Shown here in pieces: positions 13,142 through 27,749 of a stretch of DNA of 64,000 nucleotides. The stretch covers positions 83,390,001 to 83,454,000 of the forward strand of contig OX597820.1 of assembly GCA_951406725.2 (NCBI GenBank), read 5' to 3'. Every line of letters starts with the position of its first letter. Within the stretch, counting starts at the first letter, position 1. A program made the translations under genes and the position numbers. This stretch comes from Octopus vulgaris (Eukaryota). The notes below the pieces were generated by a model that worked only from the letters and a program-made list of their open reading frames with translations, had not been told where the DNA came from and searched no databases.

Positions 13142-14996
13142 CATATGACATTGAATTTCAAGAAAAATACAGCCGTTGCTTGGAATATACCTTACACTAA
13201 ATTAAGTATTAAAATCATAGCTTTATTGCTTTGATGTAAAAAGTAATACAATTTGATTCTAATATATTCTAAGAGAGGAGGAAAATATATCTTTTAATTC
13301 GAATAAACTTTTTATGTGGTATTGTCATCAGAATACCCAGTGGCCTTTCAGTTTGTAGACAGCTATTAACATCGGATTAGTCTTGTATTTGAAGCAATGA
13401 AAAGAATTTCAGGAATAGTCTTTGAATATCATATCTGAGATCCTGGATAAAATTCCTCTTGTCTTGGCTGGTACCTAGTTGGCTTAAGACCACTGTAATC
13501 AATCACTTCGTAAATTATCAAATAACTAAGCAGTTAGATGCTATGAATGAGGAGTGTGGAACAGAGTACAGCTAAAATAAAACGATCCAATGAGCAATTG
13601 CTGCCATTCCAATACTTATCTCAGTTCACTAACATTTTGGGGCAAAATCGGAATACAGCTTACGGATACACTTTTAAATCTGGTAAATATCAATCACGAT
13701 TATATATGTAGGTTCACACACATTTACACATACATATAGAAATACAGGTATACAGACACTGAAACTCACGAACATACTTATATTATCACATGCATGAATG
13801 TGTACACATATATATGTGTGTGTCTATGTGTGTGTATATGTGTGTGTATTTCTGCGTGTGTACGTGTGTTGGTGTATACATAAATACACGCACATATGAA
13901 TATGAGTGGATGCAGAAAAGAGCCTGGCTTTGAGTAAAAGAAAATACTGGAGGATCAATTAAATACGGTTTTATTAAACATACACACCTCTCAGTGGTGT
14001 ATTTCTAAAGAGATGTGAAAGAACTCGGAAGACAGCGATATATATAAACACACGTATGCATTATTGCATATATACTGTAATTCAAGCATTACTATTTGGA
14101 TTAGGCATGCATTGAGGAACACCCAAAGGGTAGTTGTAGTAGTGCAAAGGAAAAGAGCAAAGAGATTTAGGAGCCATAGAATACGAGTCGAGGTCTGGAG
14201 TTATGGAGCTTGTTAGTCCAAGGTAATTAGCTGTCGAAAAGCAAAGTAGGAGTGAAAAAGTGTTGAAATGGACTGCAGTGTTTAGTGTTGAAGTATATAG
14301 GATATTTGAGTAAGGGGAAGAATAGAAGGGGAAATGTAAAAGGAAGGAAGTAAAGAAAAAAGAGAGGGCGGGAATGAACATCGTGACTGGAGAAAAAAGG
14401 GGAACCATAAGACAGAAATATCAAATGGCAATAAAGAAGGGTCGAGAATTAAAGCACATCTCAATTCAAAGATCTTTCAATTAAAATGACTGAATAGGAG
14501 TAAAGAATTTTGGATTGGCTTGCAGTGGAGGTGTCATAGCAAACAAGAATTTAGGGAGAGAGAAGGCGAGAGAGAGAAATATAGAGCCAGAGGAGCGATT
14601 CTGCAATTGAGATGGTGAAGAGGAAAGATAGACAGAGGGAGGGAGAGAGATAAATGTATGCAGAGAAGGAATATAGTAAGTAGCATGCAGGACTAAAAAT
14701 ATTAAATGACAGTGCCAACGTGAAAAACACAGAGGAAGAGACAGGCGTAATGATCAAAGAGAAAACGAATAGTCACTGCCTGAAGGAAGGATATCGATAG
14801 ATGGGGTAATATGATAGGACGCTGCGTGCGGTATGAGTCCAGTAATGACAAATGGGAATGGACAATGGAAACGATTAACGGATAAAGACAAGAAAAATAA
14901 ACACAGAAATCCTCTCATCTGGTATGTAGACCAGACAAAAGAGTGTTTACAGATTGATATATATATATATATGTATGTATGTACATATATATAAAA

Positions 14997-15087
<91 letters not shown>

Positions 15088-15154
15088 ACATCTATATATA
15101 TAATGGAGACAAACGCACAAGGTGTTATTTATATCATTTATGTCTCCGACATAA

Positions 15155-15358
15155 AGGGGTTGGACAAAATAATGGAAACACATTAAAATAATAGAAATGC
15201 ATCAAAAAGACTTTCCACTCCTTGCAGTGATGATGCTAGAAGATATCGACTCCTTAATTGTTTTTCTAAAGAGCACCCTAATGTTCAGTAATATTGAGAT
15301 CCTGGGACTGTGGTGGCCAGATAAAATGTTCAACTTCACTAGAACGTTCCTCGTGCAC
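15155..15358 (-). mobile_element. Tc1 fragment (TIR plus 3' transposase piece), same family as 25049-26280
   Basis: TIR ggggttggacaaaataatggaaac matches the reverse complement of 26254-26277. The internal sequence is the reverse complement of about 25960-26100. Confidence 0.8.
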
Positions 15359-17549
15359 ATATATTTCATTAATATGAACAAATCATATGTGTAGGTTGTT
15401 CAGCAAAAGCCGGACAGTCACACGTCGTCTTCGATGAGAGTGTCTGTCATATATGTATATATACATATATGTATGTATGTGTATGGAGAGAAATTAGTGA
15501 AATGATTATAAATATTCAGCTATGCCTCTAAGAAGTATAAGCTCAGAATAATATGCTGCATACTAAATTGAAATGAGCGGGATAAATATATGCAATATAT
15601 TGAGTTAAAGAATAACTCTGCACTACCATTATCCAGTCAATTCGTAGGAAAATCTGCCTGTATAAATCTCTAGAATCTAAATACAGAAAGCAAAAGGGAT
15701 TATTGCATTTACATAGTTCAGTTGATCAACAAGATAAGACAATGTAGAGAATACTTTATCGAAAAGGTCTACTAACACGTATTCGACTTTGCATTCCATA
15801 AAGTTTATTTTAGTGTACTGAAATAAGCATTAACTATATTGTCCCAGAACATTTGAGCAACTGACTTTATTGTTCATTTCTCAGTTTCGTTTTTTTTTTT
15901 TACATTTGAGACATCAGTACAATGACTAATGTTAAATAATTACTTGCATAAGCTCATTGAATGTAAGTTTAGCAACTCACAATATTACAAATGTGTGACA
16001 TTATTCTATTTGAGTTTTGTTTGTATTAGAAGAAACTTGTCCCACAAAAACCTCACACTAAGTACATGTACATATGATATTGCGGGCTTAAGCTAGAAAT
16101 CAGAAAATTACATCACTACAGTTACACGTATTTTTCATATTTGTTTCCAAGATAATCTTCTCAATATATGCCATTATACACTAGATATTAAATATTGCTA
16201 GAGATAGAAGTATAACTGAATATATCAGACTATTTGTGATTTGAGTTACTCTGCACATCTCCTATTTTCAAATGTAATCAAGGCAGTTGGATATATTGGA
16301 TCTGCCATCTCAGTTTTCCAAATCGAATTGAAAAATTTCATGTTACATTAATATTACCTACATGCTGTACAATCCATTTCTACATGTTAGATTCGAAACA
16401 AAACAACGAAAATTCAGCTAACAAAATTATAATTCTCTCCCAGCCTATTAATGGACTTCATTCCAGCTTTTTGAATTTGTTGGAAACAAACTTGACCCGT
16501 ACTTCATTCATAATCTGCTTGGAAACCGTAAGAAAAAATTCAGACTAATGTGAAATCAGTCTCTTCTCTCATCACAAAACAAGTGAATAAATACAAGCCA
16601 CATGATACTAGCTAATAATAAATATACAAATAAGAGGTATAGGAAAATAAAAATACGCAGTGAATTAAACGAATTACTGGAATTCATTAACCTTATTGTT
16701 TATCAAAAGCTATTAAATAAATTTCATGGAAACTTGACATCTTTTTTATTTTATGTATTCTTCGTTAGTTTTTGTTTCTATTTTTCCCGACATCCGCGAG
16801 GAAGAGATATTTTGATAACCAGGAAACGCTAAAATGTTCTGCAAAATCAATAGGCTAAAAGAAAGTGCAAAAATTAAAAGAATGTGCCAAAGATAATTTT
16901 CTGATATTTGTTTTTACACTTGTTTGTACTCACTGACATTTTTTCCCTGTATTTCCTTTTCATTTTACCACCGTTTATTTCTTGGTAAATTATCTCCGTG
17001 TCACGAAAAGTTAAAATAAATTATTAGCATTCCTCCAAATTTGTTGTTTTAATTAGAAAATTAAAACATTTGTCAGTTAAATAATTTTAAGTGATGATGG
17101 TAGTGGAGCTGTTTCCTGTACAACTATACAATAACACTAAATAGTAAGGCTACTCCTCACTTGCTACATCAAAATGTTCAGCAAATAGAGCAATATTTTT
17201 GTTTGTTTGTATATATTCGTTTCGGAAGCTCTGAATGGAGTAATAATTCATTCGATCGATTATTGATTGCTGTATTTCAACTGTAACTCAAGATGTCATA
17301 TATTTGTGGAGACCTAAGCAAACGAGCATCTTTAGCAAATCTCGAATTCTTGTACTTCTACTGTTCTAGTCAAAATTTATATCAAGGAGCATTCTCTATA
17401 TAACTGTTATTGAAAAGCGAGATATTTATATGAGTTTTGCTTTCAAAACAGCTAAAAATGTATCTTCCTTATATACCACTTGTATAATTCTTCATCATTT
17501 CGGTTTATGATTTTTTATTTTGCCGCTTGCAGTTATATTGAACATTTTA

Positions 17550-17947
17550 CTTCATTATTTTATTTGTTTCAGTCATTTACCTGCGGCCATTCTGGAGCAT
17601 CGCCTTTAGTCGAGCAAATCGATCACAGCATTTATTCTTTTTAAGCCTATTACTTATTGTATAGGTTTCTTTTGCTGAACCTCTAAGTTAAGTTGCCGTA
17701 ATCACACCTACATTGGTTGTCAATCGATGGTGAATGGGAAAAATACAGACACATAAAATAAACATATACATATACACATATACGAAGGGCTTCTTTCAGT
17801 TTCTGTCTGCCAAATCTACTCACAAGTCTTTGGTCGGCCCCAGCCTATAAGTAGAAGACACATGCTCAAGGTGTCACTCACTAGGACTGAACCCGAAACC
17901 ATGTGGTTAGGAAACAAGCTTCTTACCACACATCCACACCTGCGCTT
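17550..17947 (-). mobile_element. Near full-length SINE family B (tRNA-like head, CORE-like gaccttgagca motif, internal TA/TG microsatellite, 3' tail)
   Basis: Reverse complement starts gcgcaggtgtggatgtgtggtaagaagcttg...ggtttcgggttcagtcc (A/B-box-like), then gacaccttgagcatgtgtcttctac. Multiple copies occur in the window. Confidence 0.85.
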
Positions 17948-19053
17948 ATGTTCATGTTTCCGTAGGATATATATTTCTATATAAAACATGAGTAATCACT
18001 ATGCACATTTATGTAACATATATTATCTTCATTTCCGATTTATAAGCACAGCACTCGTACAACAGAAAATAGTCTTCCTAAACTCAAATTTTATGACGTT
18101 ATGTGCCATTTACGTTCATGTTATATTTCAAAGGTATCATTCTGAGTATGCATTGTTCTGAATATTACGATAATATGGATTTCTTTTGCACGTTGTATTG
18201 ATGTGATGCCTCATCTATACGAAAGATACTATAACTATTTCTCTTATATCTCTAGATCTAAAATCTTTACACTACTAGTGCATCCTTATCTAAGATGCAT
18301 GTAGGTAAATTGTTCTTTTAGCTACATCTGATTTCCATGTCAGTATGTAAATTCGTGTAAATGGTTGAGATATTAGAGAAACTGGAAGCGTAATAGCATT
18401 ATAAAATAAAACAATTTTCGAAATATTTTCTTTTTTGCTTAAGGGCTCCATAAAATAGGCCTTCCCATATCGATGTAATTTTCTATTTCTCGATTGATAT
18501 AAGTGAAGCTGCAATAAATACAGATCTTCAGGGAAATCATACAATGCCACTTTTAACAGGGAGGAGAATGTTAAGAAGATTCATTGGCCTATTCATACAT
18601 TCAGATGAAGGAAGAATTAAACAGGAATGATGTCCACAAACCAAACAATTGGCAAAATGTTTGGTACTATACGTTGGTAGTATAAAACAGTCATTTGAAT
18701 CAAATCCATTACGTACTAATTGGAAGTAACATGTTTAAATAGTGAAATGAGAAAAACAGGGAGTATAATTTGGTAAGTCTGATAAGATAATGGAATAAAT
18801 TCTAGCGAAATTTTCAACGCGTTCCACAATAAAGTTTATAAAAAAATCAACGACATAAAGATAACTTTCACAAACGGATATCTAATTAAGCAAATACATA
18901 TAGCATTATACGTAATACTTGTATTCATGCATTTCTGCATTTATGAACGTCATACGTGCTTATATGTATAGCATATATATGTGAATATAAATATATGTGT
19001 GTCTATGTGTGTGTGCGTGTGTGTGTGCGCGACTGCGTGTGTGTCAGCGCGTG

Positions 19054-19098
<45 letters not shown>

Positions 19099-19131
19099 CT
19101 GTATATACATATGTATATATGTGTGTATGTA

Positions 19132-19189
<58 letters not shown>

Positions 19190-19192
19190 CAT

Positions 19193-19236
<44 letters not shown>

Positions 19237-19807
19237 TCACAGATACACACACAACCACGCACACACATACGTACACATACATACATATATTTCTATTTTG
19301 CTGTCCGTGCTGAGGCACATATCTCTCTTGATCAAACAGGCATGTGATAAAATGCTTTCGAGTCATTACCAACCTGTATATATCTGATATATACCATCTC
19401 TTCGATCTCTTCGCATACATTAGCGAATATAATTTTAGTTTCTGAATAAAGTAGGTGTTATGAAGATTTCTACTTGCTTTGTTAGTTATACGAAGTGGAT
19501 TCGCTGTGTTTACAGTCATAAAATCACACTGGTATTTTATACAAATGCGGACACGCCAGACAGCTGAAGTCATGCTTGTGCGAGTACGTGTGTGAATGTA
19601 TGTGTGTGTGTGTGTGTGTGTGTCTTTGTGTGCGTGCGTACGTATGTGTGCGTGCGTTTTCTGTATTTGTGTGTAAGTGCTCACAGAAGCATACAGATGC
19701 AGCGCCATCTGTATATATACACATCTTTATATACGTATATACATACAAAGTATCACAAACACGCGCACACACACACTCACGTTTATATTAAATGTGTGTA
19801 TACGATA

Positions 19808-19878
<71 letters not shown>

Positions 19879-20002
19879 TGTGTGTGAAAGAGAGAGATAA
19901 ATAGATAGAGCTATGTATATTCATATATATGTATGTACGTGTGTGTATGCATACACACATTTATACATATATGTACATACATACGTACATACATACATAT
20001 TT

Positions 20003-20071
<69 letters not shown>

Positions 20072-21869
20072 TACATACATACATACACACATACATACAC
20101 ACACACACACACATGTATATATATATATATATATACCCGCATATGTATGTGTGCTATGCATTTATATTAGTATACTCTGCAATCTCGACCAAGTGCGACA
20201 AACAAATTTCAAAAGGAATGCCCATCTTGTTCATCACAGTAGCTGATCACAAAGCTAACCTCGAATATTGGAGTGAATAAACCAAGATAAATACATTAGA
20301 CATAGAGCAAATTTATTTAACATCACAGGCAGAGCAACCAGACCATAGCAGTGGTATAAAACAAACAACGACGTAATATGGAATCATTTACTAACATGTA
20401 ATGGCATTCCATACGTCCTTATGTTTTGTATATAATACACCATTGCCTCTTCAAAAAATGGTGTGAAAGAAGTAAGTCATGGATGTTAAATAATTTCTAC
20501 TTTTATATTTAGTACTGAAATGAATTATATATTAAAGTGGTTACCTTCTGAATTGAACTCCCGTTCGCCCCAACTTTAATGTTAATACTTCTAAAGTGGG
20601 AAAAAAAGGCAGATTTAGGCAATGTTAGGTATTGAGTCGTTCGCACTCTCTCGTCTCTTCCTCTATATATCTGCTTTCGAATACTTTCGAAAAGAATATG
20701 AATGTTTTTTTTTTCTCACGATAATGTTTCATATGTAGTTGTGAAAGCTGTAGTGAAGATACATTTTATCTTGCCGCACTGGAGAAGAATAAGTAACTCA
20801 TCTGAACACTTGAATATAAATTTGTTTTCCAAAATTCTATAGTATTCTTCACGAATGGATAATAACAGTTATACTGTTATAACTTTCTACTATGTACAAT
20901 ATGTATGACGCTATGGTATTTTAGCGTACATAGAATAAACGAACTCGCCACTTTTCAATTAGTTTACCTTAGACTATATACCTTAATGATTTAACTGCGG
21001 CCTAACTGGCAGATAAATTACAAGTCAATCGTATAATTATCATTTATATCATAATTTTTTATATATCGCTGTTTAATCGTAGTAGGAAAAAGTAAGTTTT
21101 ATTTCTTCCAATTCAAAATGTTGTTAGCCCTTCACAGTAATGGGTGAAATATTTCTTCTCTTTTCGTCCCTCTAATATTCTAGAATGCAGTTTCTGTTTC
21201 TCAATATTTCTCTTGTTTCTAATCGACTGAGTCAATTGTTCTCTTTTAGTTTCCAATTATGTAGGTGTCATATATGTCTCTGATGACAGTCATTATTTTA
21301 TATTATAAATGGATGAGAATTCCAGAAGCAGATTTATTTTAATGTATTTTGCAGAGACGTTCGGCATGACAATATGTACAACATCATATACCCTTCAAAA
21401 TGTAGTCGCAGCATGTCTGGCCGTCTTCTTCAATTTTATAGTTAACTTAGTTTCTTTCAGAAGGATTAGCTCCAAATATATTTTAGAAAACGCCCAAAGA
21501 TCCAGTGCAAGTTTATTGAACCATTTATTATTATAGAATTTCTGCAAGCCAAGTCAACTTTAGCCGTTACTCTACTTTCTACTGAGAGACTGTTACATGT
21601 TATATAAATGTAACACTGCATCATACCACAAATACTTGCTTCTTAACACAACAAATTACAGGAAAAGAACTCTAATGGAACAGACGAAAGGTATGTTCAA
21701 ATACAAGATAATTTATATTGATATGTTAACAAGGCATTCGACATTCATTTCGAACAACTAAGTAATATATGCATTCATATACGCGCACTTGCGCGAACGC
21801 ACTCACATACGCGCACATATATGAGCTCCCACCCTTACGATCATCATATCGTTAAAGCTGACAGCTATT

Positions 21870-22403
21870 TGAAACCAAATTGTAACGTTATAAACAGTTT
21901 GGCTTCATAGACTTGGAGTTTCATAGGAAGTCGTACATGGCTGCCAGAAACTAGGCTGCTATTAGTCAAAGCGAGTTCTCGCACACGGCTGATACGTACC
22001 CCAACTCATACAGACACACAACATATCAAACACGCACAAACGTGCTGGTGCCATCTACTCTCATCTACTTGCCAGGTCACACATACGCGCACCTCCCACT
22101 TAGCTGATACATACATACAGAGTGACATCAGACAACTACACCCACACACTCATACATCTGATATACAGATAAATACACACGCTCACTGGCCATGTTAATG
22201 CTGGCTTACGAGACGTTCAAATTTCTTTCTGGCACCAAGGCGTCATTGGATTCTTGTCCAGCCACGCAGTCCAAGAAATTCTTCTTAATAATATAACTGG
22301 TGTCGATCTCACTCGTAATAACACCTCGTGACCCGCTTTGATAAATAGCAACCTTGTTTGCAGAAGCCACATTGGATATCCTGTATGTTTCCATTTGGTT
22401 ACC
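21870..22403. mobile_element. Old MITE-like element with diverged inverted ends
   Basis: tggctgccagaaactaggctgctattagtcaaagcgagt (about 21938-21976) is similar to the reverse complement of acccgctttgataaatagcaaccttgtttgcagaagcca (about 22331-22369). aaccaaattg and catttggtt lie further out. Confidence 0.45.
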
Positions 22404-22539
22404 TGAGTCCGAATGATATACATTTTATAGAATACCTACGAACTATAATTCACAAAGCGTCAACATCAAACTGTGTTGAGTGCCTCTTTCCTTCTTTTAT
22501 ATACCCACTCTTGTGTGTGTGTGTGCGTGCATATGTGTT

Positions 22540-22597
<58 letters not shown>

Positions 22598-23056
22598 AGA
22601 CGAAAAGTAAATTTCGAAGGCAGTATAACTGTGAAAAGAGAATCGACAGATTAGGTGTACAAATAATTGCTTTTCGAATGTGAGAATATCTTATAAACAA
22701 AATTTGGGATTTATCATCAGAACATGGAAAAGAGTGTTGCCAGCAGGCGGCTACGGTGAGTCGAACTTTGTAGCTGCCTACTGGCAAACTTTTCCCTACA
22801 TATAAGGATAAATACTCAATACCCATCTACTGTTTTCACAGCAATACTGCGTTCTAAATATACATTCATGACTGTAAAAAATATTCGGCGCTTCCAAAGT
22901 ATGTTTATAAAATATCATGTATATATATATACATACACACACGGATATATATATATATATATATATATATGATATATATACATATATACACATATATATA
23001 TATATGTATATATGTATATATGTATATATATATATGATATATATATACATACATAC

Positions 23057-23107
<51 letters not shown>

Positions 23108-23113
<6 letters not shown>

Positions 23114-23305
23114 TAATCCAAACAAGAAAGCACAAAAAAAACACAACAACGCGAGGATGTGGAAGAAATATAGTGTTATTGGACGCTCAGGAAAGAAGGA
23201 AAGAAGGAGAGTGTAACGTTTCGAGCGGAGCTCTTCGTCGGAAACATTGGAGAAGGAAAGATCCAGAGAAGGGAGGACCGAGGGGAAAAATCCCCAATGT
23301 ATGTA
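23108..23305 (-). mobile_element. Penelope-like pLTR fragment abutting (TA)n
   Basis: Carries a minimal hammerhead-like motif and a pyrimidine-rich tail (minus strand) ending in TA repeats. Confidence 0.65.
23211..23246 (-). ncRNA. Minimal hammerhead-like motif (C-C-G-A-C-G-A core variant)
   Basis: Minus strand reads tgttt-CCGACGA-a-GAGC-tcc-GCTC-GAAA-CG-TT-acac. Stem II is 4 bp, palindromic AACGTT replaces stem III, and stem I is imperfect. Confidence 0.55.
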
Positions 23306-23739
23306 AAATAAATGCGAAAGCTAATTTCTGTCAGTGTCTCTCACTCTTCTATGACGCTCCTAATATTTCTCATGATGAAGTGAGAATAATAGTAGGCATA
23401 GAGACGGGTGGGGGGGATAAAACAAACAGAGAGAGAAAAAGTGAGTGAGAGAAAGTGGGAGATGATGTACAACTTTGTTGAACCATTTCTCTGTGACAGA
23501 AATTCCTCTCACCAACATACTGAACGATATCGACTTTTTTTTTTCTTGCTTTCTTTTATACATATATGTATATACCTACATACACACACTGACACACAGA
23601 CACATGTAAAATATACATTAATTGATATAAATTTTCCCCAAAATTAAACATATCTAATAGAATAAATGTTAATGTGTCACTTTTATAGCTTTAATAATTC
23701 CTTTCTACTGGAGAGGTCTCAAATTTGATTACAATGCCT

Positions 23740-23928
23740 CACATTTTGGGGTAAGGATTAAGTTGATTGCATCGACCCCAGTACGTAACTGTAACACATT
23801 TTAACGACCCTTAAAGAATGAAAGGTAAAGTCGACCTCGGCGGAATGCGAACTCAAAACCAAACAGCAGACGAAATACCTCTAGCATTTCACCCGGCGTG
23901 CTAACGATTCTGACAGTTAGCTACCTTC
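23740..23928 (-). mobile_element. SINE family A
   Basis: atcgaccccagtacgtaactg...gaatgaaaggtaaagtcgacctcggcggaat...ccggcgtgctaacgattctg matches 35775-36008. Confidence 0.85.
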
Positions 23929-23994
23929 GTATAATATAATAATATAATATAATATGTGTGAATGTCTGTGTGTCAGTGTTTCACAATTTTTCAA

Positions 23995-24495
23995 CTTTAC
24001 TCGTAGAGGCCGTAGCCCAACATATCATACCATTTTGGAATCAGTCTGACTCCGTGAGTAAATTAAAAACTTTCCGGTCCGAATCCGGACCAACAATAAG
24101 TCAATTTTGTGATAAAGTTTTTGTATGCTAACAATTTTCTAATCTAAAAGTTAAATCTGTGAGTAAATTAAAAACATTCCGTGCTGAATCCGGGCCTGCA
24201 ATCCTGAAATTATAGATTCCTATGTTTTCATTACTGTAATTGCAACAAATTCTCCAACAAAAGAAAGTGACCTGTTTGCAGATCTTCCTATTCAGGGTCA
24301 GTTGCTTAAAAGCTATATACTAGCCTAATAGCCGCCCTATCAGCTAGTTAAAGAAATACATTAGTTCTGTACGAAGACCAGCGAAAATGAAAACCCTAAT
24401 GGGGAAAATATTTCATGTCACATACTCTTGGGAATTTGAGGTCCCTTTCTCGTATTGTATAATGGATATCTGTCCATTCGATGCCCTGCCAGAGC
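23995..24495. mobile_element. Terminal portion of an unclassified DNA-transposon-like repeat
   Basis: 24398-24492 is the inverted copy of 26733-26831. Internal direct repeats (gtgagtaaattaaaaac..tccg..gaatccgg) occur at about 24054 and 24159. Confidence 0.5.
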
Positions 24496-24512
24496 ATATG
24501 TGTGTGTAAATA

Positions 24513-24553
<41 letters not shown>

Positions 24554-24595
24554 GTGTGTGTGTGTGTGTGCGCGCGCGCATGCGTGTGCGTGTGT

Positions 24596-24870
24596 GGAGG
24601 CGCAATGGCCCAGTGATTAGGGCAGCGTACTCGCGATCGTAGGATCGGGCGCTGTGAGGTGTTTATTGAGCGAAAACACCTAAAACTCCACGAGTTTCCG
24701 GCAGGGGAAGGTGGCGATCCCTGCTGTACTCCTTCGCCACAACTTTCTCTCACTCCTTCTTCTGTTGGCCTGCTCGCTTAGCCAGCGGGGTGGCGTCATT
24801 TGAAGGCTAAAACAATGCGAAGTGCATTGTGACCAGCGATGTGTAGCAACTTCTGATAGCATGGCCGGTC

Positions 24871-24873
<3 letters not shown>
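24596..24873 (+). mobile_element. tRNA-derived SINE family C
   Basis: Head ggaggcgcaatggcccagtgattagggcagcg (A box). The body is shared with 43325-43593. Microsatellites flank it. Confidence 0.85.
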
Positions 24874-24912
<39 letters not shown>

Positions 24913-25005
24913 CATCACAGGAGGATTCAAATAATGGTGTATAATAGTAAATGGTGGTGACCCACATGCCCTCAGCTTTAACACCGAAGGAAATTAAGAG
25001 GAATT

Positions 25006-25048
<43 letters not shown>

Positions 25049-25049
<1 letters not shown>

Positions 25050-26280
25050 GGTCAAAATAATGCAAAAACCTAGCATCATAGCATCATAAAGCTTGTTTAT
25101 TTTCATGATTTTTTTTATTTACTATTAGTGTTGCTTCGTATATTTTGCTAAAGTTGCTGCTTCCTTTCAGATATCATCAGAAAAAGGTAATTAAAATTCA
25201 TTAATTTGACAGATTTATCAGACTCTCAAAGATGTCAAATTGTTGGTGCTCGTATGGCAGTCGCTAGCGTAATGGGAACAGCCGAGATGTTTGATGTATC
25301 AACAAGTACTTTCTCGAATGTAATGACAGCCTTTGAGAAAGACGGAAAAATCTCCTCGTCGAAACAAATCTCCAGAAGAAAGCCGAATCTTTCAGATAGG
25401 GACCGTCAGACTCTTACGCGAATTGTTAGAAAGGATCACAAAAGTACAGGTCCCGAATTTACTGCAGAGGTTAATGACTACCTCGAGAACCCAGTTTTCA
25501 CAAAAAACTTTCCACCGTAAGCTGCACAATGTCGGATTTCATGGGAGGGCTGCAATCAGAAAAGCACTACTTTCAAAAACAAAGGATGCAAAGCGTTTAG
25601 AGTAGAGTAAACGCCTACAGAATTAGTCCGTAGAGCAGTGGAAGAATGGTATTTTCTCGGACGAGTCATCCTTTACCTTATTTCCGACGAATAAAAACGT
25701 GAAGACAGCCAAACGAAGCATTTGACCTAGATTGCCTCCTTCCAACTGTTAAACATGGAGGAGGATCTGTGATGATCTAGAGGCTGTATTTTGGAAATCC
25801 GCCGACTCATTGGTTTCCCTTCATGGCAGAATTAATAGTCAAGTCTATCTAAGCATTTTATCTGATCAAATTCATCCTATGTTTGAGGAACTGTTTCCGG
25901 AGAGAAATGCAACCTTTCAGGATGATAATGCACCAATTCACTCAAGTTGTTACTGAATGGCACGAGCAACGTTCTGGTGAAGTCGAACATCTTATCCGGC
26001 CACCACAGTCCCTAGATCTCAATATTTTATTGAACATTTATGGTGCATTTTAGAAAAACAAGTAAGGAGTTAATATCCTCCACCATCACCACTAAACGAA
26101 GTGAAGACTGTTTTAGTTGGAGAATGGAGAAAAATTCCTTTGGAAACAATTCAAACTTTGTAGGAGTCCATATCTCGTAGAATTCAAGCTATAATTACTG
26201 CTAAAGGATGTTCTACTCCATATTTAAGTAAATTTGTTTGAGTATTTACGGCGTTTCCATTATTTTGGCCAACCTCTGTA
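25049..26280 (+). mobile_element. Tc1-family DNA transposon, near full length, transposase pseudogenised (about 25206-26225)
   Basis: N-terminal HTH-like region (DLSDSQRCQIVGAR...), then FSDESSF, KHGGGSVMI, FQDDNAPIH and PPQSLDLN/IEHLW (DD34E-type motifs) with stops and frameshifts. Right TIR is ...tttccattattttggccaacctctgTA; left TIR is eroded (ggtcaaaataatg). Confidence 0.92.
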
Positions 26281-26554
26281 TATATATAATATATGTGTAG
26301 TGTTTGAGCTTGTCTTGTTTGCTTCTATTTGCATTGTGCCTGTGCTCACTTCCATGTACAGGCAAATTTGAGATATATCGATACCTCATTACAGTTTAAT
26401 GCATGCGCTTTGTCCTTATGGATATAAGTAAAATCACACCTATTACGTTTTTAGTTGGCACTAATTCTCACATGACTGATTCCTCTACAACTATCACAAC
26501 GAACACATAACATATTATTTCATATTTCTAAATCAGACCAGCAATGTTAGTGAC

Positions 26555-26715
26555 GGTGTAAATTGATTACGTCGAACCCAGTGATCTATTGGCACTTATT
26601 TTATTGACCCCTGAACGAACGAAATGTAAATTCGAGGGTATTTGAAACCAGAACTTAAAAGATGATGGCATCCCGCTAAAATTTTTGCAGATGATTCTGC
26701 TAGCTCACCGCCTGA
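26555..26715 (-). mobile_element. SINE family A, diverged
   Basis: gattacgtcgaacccagtg...ggcacttattttattgacccc...gatgattctgctagctcaccgcc. Confidence 0.7.
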
Positions 26716-26729
26716 AGGCTTATAAAGGC

Positions 26730-26900
26730 TTTCCCGGCGGGGTGTCGAATGGACAGATATCATGTTATATACTACGAGAAAGGAGCCTCAAATTTTCAAG
26801 AGCGTGTGACATGAAATATTTCCCCCCATTTATGTTTTTATTTAAATTTTTGCTGGTGTATATTGCTTTCTGGACAGAACTGACATACTTCTAGAACTAC
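26730..26900. mobile_element. Second terminal fragment of the repeat at 23995-24495, opposite orientation
   Basis: gtcgaatggacagatatc...acgagaaaggagcctcaaattttcaagagcgtgtgacatgaaatattttcccc is similar to the reverse complement of 24398-24492. Confidence 0.55.
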
Positions 26901-27749
26901 AGGAGATATATTGTTTCCGGTTTTCTGTAATCTAATTGTAGCATAACGTGTAACAGTAGAGAAGTCACTAGTTCACTATATTTTACATATTTTCCTATGA
27001 TATAAAGTCTCTTACTTTTATAATGGTATGTGATTCTGCGCATAGAACGCTGTGTCATAACGCATTACATACATTTTTACCAATCAAATTGTGATACTTT
27101 TTTAAAATACTTCTTTATTGTGTCGATATTCGTATCTAGTTATGTTACATAACGGTATGTAACTCCAAACTCTAATCATTTTTCCTATTGTTTGACAGTA
27201 ATCAACGATTTTTAGAAAATTTAAACAACAGCATGAAAATATAAGGAAAAATATAACGCCCCAAATCTAAATATGATATATCACGAATGCTATGTCCCAA
27301 AAACAAACACGTGAATACATAATAGTAAATAAACAATCGATAAAATATGTTTATAAATTATCATGGCGCTAATAATCAATATAGGTAAATACAATGGGCT
27401 AATTAACAATAGAAACAAGCATTTGAAAATTTTTTATACGCAATGAATGTAAAATGCAACAGGTTCAGAAATTCTTCTATGATTGAAAATCTTTAGTAAT
27501 ATGAAAATAACATGATATTGCACTCTAATGTTTTGCAGTAAATTATTGCCATTTATTAAATATGATTCAGTTGTAGTAAATATTCGTAAATACAACAAAT
27601 GTTTACTTGTCAAAGAAAATAATTCATTGATTTGGTCACCGATTTTGACACTCTCACACTATAATTACTCGTGCGTACGTGTGGCTTATCGCGTACGTGC
27701 GTGTATCTTATTGCGTACCTACGTGTGTGTGAGTGTCTGTATGTGTGTA

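Noticed and set aside
22670-22725. Minus-strand ctgatga...cgaaa
   Set aside because: No clear stem II, stem III or stem I pairing.
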